The notes below the pieces were generated by a model, which saw only the letters and a program-made list of their open reading frames with translations, did not search any database and was not told where the DNA came from. Shown here piece after piece: positions 1 through 8,251 of a DNA stretch of 16,761 nt. Where the stretch lies: positions 1 through 16,761 of the forward strand of contig NJBI01000064.1 in NCBI GenBank assembly GCA_005222975.1, in the 5' to 3' direction. This DNA comes from Promethearchaeota archaeon Loki_b31. GTDB lineage: Archaea > Asgardarchaeota > Lokiarchaeia > Sigyniarchaeales > SOKP01. A program made the position numbers and the translations under genes. The stretch's first letter is position 1. Each line of letters begins with the position of its first letter.

Positions 1-926
1 AATCCTGAGAATTCTTCAGTAGCTATTATTACATTTGAACCAATGAATATTACTGCGATGAAGTAACCAACAAAATAGCTTTTAAAATTTCCGTATTTAG
101 ATTTCCCCCGAATTAAGTTAACTAAATAAGTAAAAATAACTATTATTAGGCCTGATGCGTAGAACAAATCGATAATCGGGTAATCATAATAATCTAAAAA
201 CAGAAAAAACCCAAAGAGAAATACTTCTAAAATCTTTATGTGTGTAAAACTTCTTTTTTGATTTGTGTCTACAAAAATTTGCTCGTATTCACTTATACCT
301 GAGTTAGAAAACAATATAATCAGCGAACCAATTGATAAAGCCGTGAATAATGAATAAGAGATCATATAAAGATATTCAATTAAAAAAAGCCAGACGGATT
401 GCCATAAAAATAAAGGTAACTCTAAATACTCGGGAATTATGCTTACAGTGCAGAAAATTGGGATTATTGATGCTAAAACCATAGTAAATTTTGTTAAGAA
501 CGAGGTTTTCGAATCGTCTTTCCAACTCTCTTTTTTGAAAGTGGTTAAACGCCATGCAAAAGACGAAAAACTTAAAACAGCGATTACGGGTGTTATTATG
601 GGAAAGACAAAAATAAAAAGGAAATAAACGGCATTAATCCCATAAAAAAATTTTAATCTAGAGGGAACTACGCTAATTTTTTCGTCGAATGAATCCATCG
701 TATTGGCAAATCGATTTGCAAATAGAATTAAAAAAAATAACCAAGAAATGCTAAACACAATCGGACTTAAAATCTTAATTACCCAAAAATTTAAATCTGG
801 GTCGTTTGAATACCATAAATTAAAATCCACAACAGAAAATATCAAAAAAATGCTTATTGGTACTAAAATTGCTGCAAGCAGAACAATTAAGCGGGAGAAA
901 ATTATTCCCTTTACAGTCTTAGACAT
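1..926 (-). CDS. Uncharacterised polytopic membrane protein, 3'-partial (at least 308 aa, runs off the left edge); absent from the supplied ORF track
   Basis: Manual translation from ATG (CAT at 924-926) is open to the window edge: MSKTVKGIIFSRLIVLLAAILVPISIFLIFSVVDFNLWYSNDPDLNFWVIKILSPIVFSISWLFFLILFANRFANTMDSFDEKISVVPSRLKFFYGINAVYFLFIFVFPIITPVIAVLSFSSFAWRL...FVGYFIAVIFIGSNVIIATEEFSG. About 8-9 hydrophobic segments. GTGA RBS-like motif upstream. Confidence 0.88.
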   Translation of the reverse strand, partial: MSKTVKGIIFSRLIVLLAAILVPISIFLIFSVVDFNLWYSNDPDLNFWVIKILSPIVFSISWLFFLILFANRFANTMDSFDEKISVVPSRLKFFYGINAVYFLFIFVFPIITPVIAVLSFSSFAWRLTTFKKESWKDDSKTSFLTKFTMVLASIIPIFCTVSIIPEYLELPLFLWQSVWLFLIEYLYMISYSLFTALSIGSLIILFSNSGISEYEQIFVDTNQKRSFTHIKILEVFLFGFFLFLDYYDYPIIDLFYASGLIIVIFTYLVNLIRGKSKYGNFKSYFVGYFIAVIFIGSNVIIATEEFSG

Positions 927-1095
927 CTATTATTTTCACTTATAGTTTTTTTTCAATTATGCATATAATGATAATAAACCATTTTAAAATCTCTGTTTTA
1001 TCACAATATTTAATTAATTTTAAAATTACATTTTATTTTCGAAAGAAAAAAGATATCTAAAAATAAAAAATAATAAAAAATGTATATAGATTTAT

Positions 1096-1857
1096 TTATT
1101 TCGCTTCTATTGCTGAACCACAATTGGTGCAGAACTCGTTTCCAGGAACCAATTTGGCTTTACAATTAGGGCATAGCTCTGAACTATCTAAAGATGGCTC
1201 TTGCACCTCTTCTGCCTTACCTTTTGATTTTCTCACTTTAGGTTGAGCCGTACCTTCTGTTGGTTTGTATTTTAAACTTCCAATAAATCCTCCAAACACA
1301 GCCCCCACAAGACACCCTTCTAAAATCGCCGTAAAAACCGCCAGTAAGTAGGGTAAATCTGTTAGACCCGATACTGCTCCATCCACTACGCCTCCGATGA
1401 GCGAACCATAACCACCAGGAATTAAAGATATTGCTAAATATATAACCATGGCGGGAATTAAATAACCAATACCAATCGCAAGACTAGTGTGAATCCCACC
1501 TCGAGGAGAGTGCGCAAAAATTGCGCTAGTAATCGTGCAGCATAAAATCCAAGGAAGAACGACAGAAATTAAAAGCAATACATCGTCAGGTCTATAAAAG
1601 ATACACCAATGAATAGGAAATAGTAAGATTAAAATTAGGCCAAGAAAGGCGCTTGCAAAGAAACTGAGAATACCTGCCACAGGTCCTAACTCTGAACCTA
1701 GTAAACTTCCAATAGACGCTATTGCGTCGTTTAAGTTATTGATTAAGCCACCAGTAACTGAACTCGTCAAATCTAAAAGTGAAAAACTAATCCAAGCCAT
1801 AGGAATCAAACATAGCATGCCAAGACAGCCCGATCCTATAACGCGTCCCCATCCCAT
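1096..1857 (-). CDS. Gly-rich multi-pass membrane protein with C-terminal zinc ribbon (253 aa)
   Basis: Start moved from 1938 to the ATG at 1857 (MGWGRVIG...), which has GAGG upstream. About 5-6 hydrophobic Gly-rich helices, a charged linker, then CPNC-x10-CTNC. Confidence 0.85.
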   Translation of the reverse strand: MGWGRVIGSGCLGMLCLIPMAWISFSLLDLTSSVTGGLINNLNDAIASIGSLLGSELGPVAGILSFFASAFLGLILILLFPIHWCIFYRPDDVLLLISVVLPWILCCTITSAIFAHSPRGGIHTSLAIGIGYLIPAMVIYLAISLIPGGYGSLIGGVVDGAVSGLTDLPYLLAVFTAILEGCLVGAVFGGFIGSLKYKPTEGTAQPKVRKSKGKAEEVQEPSLDSSELCPNCKAKLVPGNEFCTNCGSAIEAK

Positions 1858-2104
1858 AGAATTATTCCTCTTTGTCGTATTTTTGAAATAATTTTGATTA
1901 AAAAATAATTTTATTATTAATTCAAACACGATTCGCATATTTAAAATTTTGTTTTTGCTGTTAATATCTTGTTAGAAATCCAAATAGAATAATATGTAAT
2001 TTTTCTTTAAAAACAACTTAGATTTATTGAATAATTAAGCTATCTTAGAGTTATCATGCGTTATAAAAAAAAATTTAAAGAAAAAAGTTTTAAATAAAAG
2101 ATTT

Positions 2105-2797
2105 TTATTGAATGTTGATAATTGCCCCTTTATCCATTTTAACGATTTTATTAGCGTAAGAAGCTAAGGAACCTCTGTGGGTTACTACTATTATCGTAGT
2201 TTCCATATCCTTGTTAATATTCTTTAAGAGGTCCATTACTTGCTTCTCAGATTCAGGATCAAGATTACCCGTTGGTTCATCAGCTAAAATTACCCTTGGG
2301 CGATGGATAATAGCCCTTGCGAGACCGCATCTCTGTTTTTCACCACCAGACAATTCTACGGGATAATGATCTTTTCTTTCAAGTAAATTGACGTCTCTTA
2401 GCGCTGCAATTGCTCGGTTTTCGATTTCTTTCTCTCTTAAAACTGTGGGCCACAATAAAGCCGCCACATTTTCAATAGCAGTTAAAGTAGGAATTAAGTT
2501 AAAATCTTGAAAGACAAAACCAATTTTTTGTCTTCTTAGTTTGCTAAGTCTTGCTTCTTGCGCTCTAGCAATATTTTCCCCATCAAATATTATTTTTCCC
2601 GAATCTGGTAAGTCAATACCGCTTAAAACGTTAAGGAGCGTACTTTTACCGCAACCCGTTGGGCCTTGAACTAAAATAAATTCTCCTGATTTAATTGTAA
2701 GGTTAATATCGGCTAAAGCACGAATAATCGCACCAGCTCGCCGATATTCTTTATTTACATCAATAGCTTCGATCATAGTATCTTTATCTACAGGCAT
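2105..2797 (-). CDS. ABC ATP-binding protein, LolD/FtsE/MacB (type VII) family
   Basis: Walker A GPTGCGKS, Q-loop GFVFQDFNL, signature LSGGEKQR, Walker B/D-loop ILADEPTGNLD (family-typical), H-switch VVTH. AGGAGG RBS overlaps the stop codon of the upstream permease. Confidence 0.95.
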   Translation of the reverse strand: MPVDKDTMIEAIDVNKEYRRAGAIIRALADINLTIKSGEFILVQGPTGCGKSTLLNVLSGIDLPDSGKIIFDGENIARAQEARLSKLRRQKIGFVFQDFNLIPTLTAIENVAALLWPTVLREKEIENRAIAALRDVNLLERKDHYPVELSGGEKQRCGLARAIIHRPRVILADEPTGNLDPESEKQVMDLLKNINKDMETTIIVVTHRGSLASYANKIVKMDKGAIINIQ

Positions 2798-2809
2798 TTT
2801 TTTCCCTCC

Positions 2810-3343
2810 TTATACACCTACCCTCTTTAATGCGATAATTGGTCTAACTTTCAAGATTTTTCTATTAGCTAACAAAATCGCCGAAAGTTGGAAAAATAGA
2901 AAAATAATAAAAGTTACACAAACCGGTAAAAGGCTTACTAAAGGTACCGTTGGGGTTGTTGGGTCAATGTACGCAAAAAAAGCTGCGTAATGAAATAATA
3001 CCTCAATAACGATAAAAAAGCCAACAAATGTTGTGAATAGAATAAATCCTGAAATTAACGAATTAATATCTTTATTCGTCCATCCAATGCATTTCAAAGT
3101 AGCAATAGTTCTCGAATTACGTCTCACTATTATCCAAGAATATAGTAAGGATAAAAATATTCCTATGGCTAAAGCCATGAAGAAACTTGTGCTCGCGAGA
3201 CCTAAACCTGGTGTCTTTATTACCAATTCGATTGAATAACTTGTCCAAAATATTAAGATGGTATACATCAGACAGAAAACTGTAAATTGCTTTTTCTCCC
3301 GTAAAACCATCATAACTGATTTTTTAAATAATCTAAAAGCCAA
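2810..3343 (-). CDS. Minimal FtsX/MacB-like ABC permease (177 aa, 4 TM, no extracytoplasmic domain)
   Basis: TTG start with GGTGA RBS. N-terminal amphipathic helix, four TM segments, coupling motif RRNSRTIATLKCIGWTNKDI (compare ERxREIGxLKAxG), C-terminal RPIIALK (compare PIEALR). Lies 12 bp upstream of the ATPase. Confidence 0.85.
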   Translation of the reverse strand: MAFRLFKKSVMMVLREKKQFTVFCLMYTILIFWTSYSIELVIKTPGLGLASTSFFMALAIGIFLSLLYSWIIVRRNSRTIATLKCIGWTNKDINSLISGFILFTTFVGFFIVIEVLFHYAAFFAYIDPTTPTVPLVSLLPVCVTFIIFLFFQLSAILLANRKILKVRPIIALKRVGV

Positions 3344-3438
3344 TTATTTCACCGTTTAGTAAAAATTAATTTTTTATATAAATTGTTTGTATTAGTTATA
3401 TAATAAAATCATAATAAAAATTTTGGGAATAATGAATA
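3344..3438. promoter_or_regulatory. Divergent promoter region shared by the ABC operon and profilin
   Basis: 95-bp gap between divergent starts. Palindromic TTTATATAAA at 3373-3382 and TTATATAA at 3396-3403 lie 30-35 bp from the respective start codons. The AT-rich background limits specificity. Confidence 0.5.
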
Positions 3439-3843
3439 ATGTCAACAGAAATTGAAACCATTATAAATGAACTTCTAAATACAGAGCAGAATATTTTTGG
3501 AGTAGCTATTATTAACAAATCTGGATCTTTAATTACCCAAACCCAGAATTGGGATATCTCCAGCGATTTAGACAAGGTTAATGAATTATTAAAAGCAAAA
3601 ATTAAACTTGGGCAAAGGGGAATACCAAATATATTGCTTCAAGGAATTAAATACATGATAGTAGAAAATACTGAAGAAAGAAAGATTGGTACGAATATCA
3701 CGGGCAAAGGACACATTATAATCGCACCAATTCCAATTGGTGGAACGGGCGCGCTTATTTGCTACATTAACCCTCAAGCTGGACCTAGAGACGCCTTATT
3801 TACAGTTCAATCTTTCGCGCTAAAACTAGCGAATTTTGTATAA
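3439..3843 (+). CDS. Profilin, Lokiarchaeia type (actin-monomer-binding protein)
   Basis: 134 aa. Segments GVAIINKSGSLITQTQNWDIS, LQGIKYMIVENTEERKIGTNITGKGH and PIPIGGTGALICYINPQAGPRDALF closely match my recollection of characterised Loki profilins and the general profilin pattern (hGxKYhhh). Confidence 0.93.
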   Translation: MSTEIETIINELLNTEQNIFGVAIINKSGSLITQTQNWDISSDLDKVNELLKAKIKLGQRGIPNILLQGIKYMIVENTEERKIGTNITGKGHIIIAPIPIGGTGALICYINPQAGPRDALFTVQSFALKLANFV

Positions 3844-3877
3844 AATTCTTTTTATAATTAAATTTTTTTTTAACGGT

Positions 3878-4972
3878 TTATTGGTCCCAAAGAGTTTGTA
3901 ATAAATCTGTGAGAAAAGTTTTAATTTTTTCTAATTCCTCTCTTTTAGATTCGTCCGATAATGAGAATTTTTTCTCAAATTCTGGAGGGTCGTACTTTTC
4001 CTTTAATAGAGCTTTGATAACGGCGCGAACACAGTAAGGTAATCCTATTATATTGTACCCTCCTTCTAAAATAAAAGATATTTTTCCTTTACATACGTCT
4101 TCTGCAATTTTTAATAATCTTTCAGTAAATTTATTGTATGCAATACTAGTCAATAAACAGTTTCCAATGGGATCCGCGAAATACATATCAAAGCCCGCAG
4201 CAACAATGATAAGTTCTGGCTTGAACTCTTTAATTATTGGGTCGAGCAATTCAAGACAATAAAGAAAATCGCTATTCGTTATGCCTGCTGGTACGGGAAA
4301 GTTAATGTTTTTCCCCAATCCTTCCCCTTCGCCCAATTCATCAATCATACCTAAATCACCTCCTGTAAAATCAAATTCGTGGATTGAAAAGTAAAGAATT
4401 AAAGGATCATCGTAGAAAAATTGCGCAAGACCATCTCCGAAATGATCGTCAATATCGATTATTGCAATTTTCTGATTAAATTTCAATTGCTTTCGTAGAT
4501 AAAGGATAGAGTTTGCGATATTATTGAATATGCAGAGTCCTGACGCTTTCTCTCTGAACGCGTGGTGTCCTGGAGGTCTTATTAAGGCAAATGACTGGTT
4601 AAACCTACCATTTATTACGCCCTCAATTGCTTCTATAGCTCCACCAACAGCTTTTTTAGCTAAAGCATAAGTATCGTCTGATACAAAAACCTCTTCGTCA
4701 AGTAACCCCCCTCCTATGTTAGAAATGCGCTTAATTGCTTCAATATGATATTTCGAATGGGCTAGCTCTAGAATAGATTCTGTAACAATTTTAGGCTCAA
4801 CCTTAATTATACGATTATTTTTAAATATATTGTTCCGTTCTAAATGGTTTAGAATAGATCTTATCCTAAAGGGATGTTCAAAAGAAATAAAAGACGGTTT
4901 TGGATATGGGGGAATGTGTTTGGAAGCAAAATCATCGTCGACTATAATACCAATTGTATTTTCTGTCATCAT
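3878..4972 (-). CDS. Zn-dependent deacetylase, histone deacetylase (class II-like)/AcuC/APAH superfamily
   Basis: RPPGHHA (catalytic His pair), GLCIFNNIA, DIDDHFGDG (Zn ligands D, H), SIHE, GFDMYFADPIG (Zn ligand D), LEGGY (catalytic Tyr). Confidence 0.95.
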   Translation of the reverse strand: MMTENTIGIIVDDDFASKHIPPYPKPSFISFEHPFRIRSILNHLERNNIFKNNRIIKVEPKIVTESILELAHSKYHIEAIKRISNIGGGLLDEEVFVSDDTYALAKKAVGGAIEAIEGVINGRFNQSFALIRPPGHHAFREKASGLCIFNNIANSILYLRKQLKFNQKIAIIDIDDHFGDGLAQFFYDDPLILYFSIHEFDFTGGDLGMIDELGEGEGLGKNINFPVPAGITNSDFLYCLELLDPIIKEFKPELIIVAAGFDMYFADPIGNCLLTSIAYNKFTERLLKIAEDVCKGKISFILEGGYNIIGLPYCVRAVIKALLKEKYDPPEFEKKFSLSDESKREELEKIKTFLTDLLQTLWDQ

Positions 4973-5075
4973 ATCAAAAATTAAAAATATTAGAATAACT
5001 AAACTCTTATATTAATATTTGCATACTAATATTAAAAAATAATTTCAATTTACTCAAAAAGGTTAGAGAATAAAA

Positions 5076-7304
5076 ATGAATGTTATCGAAATAGTTGCTT
5101 TGTTCTTGCTTAACGCAATTCCAATTATTATAATAGTGATACCATACTTCTTCATACGGAAAAAATTTGCCGGCAAAGTATATTTTAGAGTAATGCTAGG
5201 AATCATGATTTTCTATTTGGTATATTGGGTACTTCCTATGATATTTCAATTAGGAACAGCTCCAATCGAACTTGAATTACAACCTGGCGAGGAAGGTAAT
5301 CTTGGTTTGGGGATTGGTTATATAATAACTCATATAGGTTCTCTCATTGCTTTATTTGCTTATTATCCTCTCGTCACGCTACCGTTTATCTTTTTCGTTG
5401 CGCCGTTTATTTCTTTTGTTTTTGTATGGAATCGACTAAGAAAAGATAAAGGCTCAAAAGAAGAAAAATTACAGGGATTAACATATCACATTATCGATAG
5501 TCCATACAAACAAATTAGAAATGATTTATTTAAAAACGATTGGTCGAGAGAAAAAGATATTTTAAAGTTGCTTGTCGTACTTTTACCAATTTCGCTGTAT
5601 TTACTGCAAGTTTTACTCAAAATTACAGGCTTGGAATCTGTGTCAATTACAACTGGAGAAACTGCTTTAGGTTGGTTCATAGAAATCTTATTTGTTTACC
5701 TTGCAGTATTTATATTTAGCTTAGAACTCCTATCTACCTCTCAAATTGCATTGAAAGGAAGATATTTCGGAGAGAATATCAGACAACAGACCTATAAAAG
5801 CTTATACACCGTTGGAGCGCCAATATCCATTTTATCTATTATTTTATTCATTGTTGAGGATATCAATTCTTTTGGAATAATCATATATTTTTTTGCTTAT
5901 TTCCTCATGGCTTCGTTTATCTTTATCTTGTTTCTTAAAATCTTCGAACCCATTTCTTTACTGATCTTCATCAAAATAATTGACTGGTGGAAAAATAGAA
6001 AAGAAAAAAGAAAGAAGATGAGCTTTACGAATTTTTACTACGGAATTGTATTTAGTTTCCTGGCGTATTTTATATTTTTTGCATTAAACTATCTTGTTTT
6101 TGGAACGTTATATTCCCTTATCTTTCAAGATCCTGAGAGCATAACTGACTCTGCTAATTTCGCAACAAGCGGATCGGTCTATTTATACCAAAGTCTAGGA
6201 TTTGACCTTATGAATCTTTTCAATTTCGTAGCATTAGTCGCAGTTTCATTAATTATTGCCTCAATCTTCTTAAACTTCAGCTTGAAATATATGAACAGCA
6301 TGTTTCTGAGTTTTGTAACCTTTCTACCTATTTTAATCGTTCTATCTGCGCTATTTCTATTTCTAGGAGGTAATGGGATAATAAATTTCGCACCAGATTT
6401 GTATTGGATAACGGGACAGTCAAGTTTTACAACTATTTTTGGCTTTAACTTCTACACTTTAAGAACTGCTGGATTTAATGCGGATTTAATTGGAATTCTA
6501 TCTATACTCGCGATTCCTTACCAAACCACTCAATATATCTTCAATATTATTTTCTGGAGCCTAATAGTTTTTTACATGCAAAAAAGTTTTAGAGTAAAAA
6601 ATATTAGTATTGACGAACGCCATTTAGAGAAAGCGATTTTCTCTACTGTAACTGAATTCCTGTCATACGACGAATATATGAAAGGGAAAGCGCGATATTT
6701 AATTACAAAGAGAGAAGATGTTGATTTATATATTTTGAGTGACGAACGAGAGGAAATAAAATCCATTTTGGCTTCTTTAGAGACTGGAAAAATTCTGGAT
6801 GAAATTAAACCTACAGACGAAAAAGAGATACAAAGATTTTACTTTACTCTTAAATACCTATATAATAACAACCTAATTGATGTATTAAAACAAGAATTCA
6901 GTTATGTTTTTGAAAAAGTAGTAAAACAAGGACTATACATTATTTACGACGACGGTCGAGGTATTTTCGATTATAACTTTGCCGAAGATTACAATCAAGA
7001 CCCAGGAATTGTTTCTGGTATGTTTTCGGCAATCACATCTTTTATTAAAGAAACTACCAAATCCCAAGAACTACTAAAAACAATAGATCATGGCGACATA
7101 ACTATCCTTCTCGAATATGGTAAGCGTATATTTGGGGCGTTATTTATTAAGGGAAAGCAAGCTTCTGAAGTGCGGTCAAATCTAAGAGAATTCGTCAATC
7201 AATTTGAAGCTAAGTACGCTGACGCGTTATCAGATTGGAGCGGAGCCTTAATATATTTCAAAGACGATCACAAACTAGTCGAGAACATATTTAAAGAAGA
7301 ATAA
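5076..7304 (+). CDS. Large polytopic membrane protein (about 12 TM) with a C-terminal longin-like domain
   Basis: Residues about 1-500 are strongly hydrophobic. The last about 130 aa (GLYIIYDDGRGIF...DPGIVSGMFSAITSFIKE...LKTIDHGDITILLEYGKRIFGALF...LREFVNQFEAKY...WSG) show the beta-beta-alpha-beta-beta-beta-alpha-alpha pattern typical of Asgard longin-like domains. Confidence 0.8.
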   Translation: MNVIEIVALFLLNAIPIIIIVIPYFFIRKKFAGKVYFRVMLGIMIFYLVYWVLPMIFQLGTAPIELELQPGEEGNLGLGIGYIITHIGSLIALFAYYPLVTLPFIFFVAPFISFVFVWNRLRKDKGSKEEKLQGLTYHIIDSPYKQIRNDLFKNDWSREKDILKLLVVLLPISLYLLQVLLKITGLESVSITTGETALGWFIEILFVYLAVFIFSLELLSTSQIALKGRYFGENIRQQTYKSLYTVGAPISILSIILFIVEDINSFGIIIYFFAYFLMASFIFILFLKIFEPISLLIFIKIIDWWKNRKEKRKKMSFTNFYYGIVFSFLAYFIFFALNYLVFGTLYSLIFQDPESITDSANFATSGSVYLYQSLGFDLMNLFNFVALVAVSLIIASIFLNFSLKYMNSMFLSFVTFLPILIVLSALFLFLGGNGIINFAPDLYWITGQSSFTTIFGFNFYTLRTAGFNADLIGILSILAIPYQTTQYIFNIIFWSLIVFYMQKSFRVKNISIDERHLEKAIFSTVTEFLSYDEYMKGKARYLITKREDVDLYILSDEREEIKSILASLETGKILDEIKPTDEKEIQRFYFTLKYLYNNNLIDVLKQEFSYVFEKVVKQGLYIIYDDGRGIFDYNFAEDYNQDPGIVSGMFSAITSFIKETTKSQELLKTIDHGDITILLEYGKRIFGALFIKGKQASEVRSNLREFVNQFEAKYADALSDWSGALIYFKDDHKLVENIFKEE

Positions 7305-7361
7305 AAAAAAAATTAAATTTCTATTTTTTTCTCATTTATATCCATTAAAATTATTGCTAAA

Positions 7362-7982
7362 TTAAGCACTTTCTTTTTCTTCATTAATTGCGTTTAGTAA
7401 ACGTTTCACTTCGTAGGAGTTTGGGTACCTCTCAAAGATTTTTTGGCAACAATCGATCGCCAGATCAAATTCCCCTAATTCTTTATATGTAATCCCTAAA
7501 TTGTACCAAGTTTCATATTTATCGGGTTTAATTTCCAGAGCTTTCTTCCAACACTCAATCGCTTGATCAATTTCACTTTTTCCACGATATGCATTAGCCA
7601 TATTATTCCAGCCTTTGGGATCCTCTGAATTTAAACCTACTATCTTTTTATAACTCTCAATCGCCTTGTCGTAATCTTTATGTTCTCTGTAAGCGTTGCC
7701 CATATTGTGCAACACATCAACATCATCTGGCTTGAGTTCCAACGCTTTATTCCAACACTCAATAGCTCGCTCTAAATCCCCCTTTCCTATGTCATAAACA
7801 TTACCCAAATTGTACCATCCTTCAAAGTGATTAGGATTCAGGTCCACAGTCTTTTGCCAACACTCAATCGCCCCGTCAGCATCAGACTCCTTACCATAGA
7901 CTAATCCTTTTTGATAAAATTCTTCAGCTTCTAATATCTTCTTTTTTTGCTCGTTCTCATCATCAACCATTTTCATCGACAT
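7362..7982 (-). CDS. Tetratricopeptide repeat protein (about 5 TPRs)
   Basis: Repeats of about 34 aa, WYNLG/WNNMA...AIECWxKALExxP. The start could be 7982, 7976 or 7970. Confidence 0.92.
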   Translation of the reverse strand: MSMKMVDDENEQKKKILEAEEFYQKGLVYGKESDADGAIECWQKTVDLNPNHFEGWYNLGNVYDIGKGDLERAIECWNKALELKPDDVDVLHNMGNAYREHKDYDKAIESYKKIVGLNSEDPKGWNNMANAYRGKSEIDQAIECWKKALEIKPDKYETWYNLGITYKELGEFDLAIDCCQKIFERYPNSYEVKRLLNAINEEKESA

Positions 7983-8251
7983 TTACCTAATATTTCGAAT
8001 TTCTAAATATAGGTCTCGCTTAGAGGGTTTATAAATGTTATAGAAATAAAAAAAAATCCAAGGGAAAATTCTAATTATGAAGCTGTAGAGCTCAAATTAT
8101 TTTCATTTATTTACTCCGGAATAGTAGCGATAGCTCTATTAGTTCGCTCCTTTTTTGGAGAATTACTTTCCAAACAAAATTATTACATTATTATCAAAAT
8201 CGTTTTCGAAAATTAAAGTTATATATAATATGTCAACCTTTTATTAACATT

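Noticed and set aside
706-719. Perfect palindrome GCAAATCGATTTGC
   Set aside because: Single occurrence inside a coding region (FANRFAN); no supporting context.
439-945. Plus-strand ORFs 439-627 and 703-945
   Set aside because: Antisense shadows of the long minus-strand membrane gene at 1-926.
1858-1938. 27-aa N-terminal extension of the zinc-ribbon membrane ORF
   Set aside because: AT-rich promoter-like sequence; the ATG at 1857 has a clear GAGG RBS.
8086-8160. Short inverted repeats (TAGAGCT/AGCTCTA, AGCGA/TCGCT, CTCC/GGAG) in the TPR-acyltransferase spacer
   Set aside because: Stems are short and partly mutually exclusive; no tRNA cloverleaf or known RNA motif.
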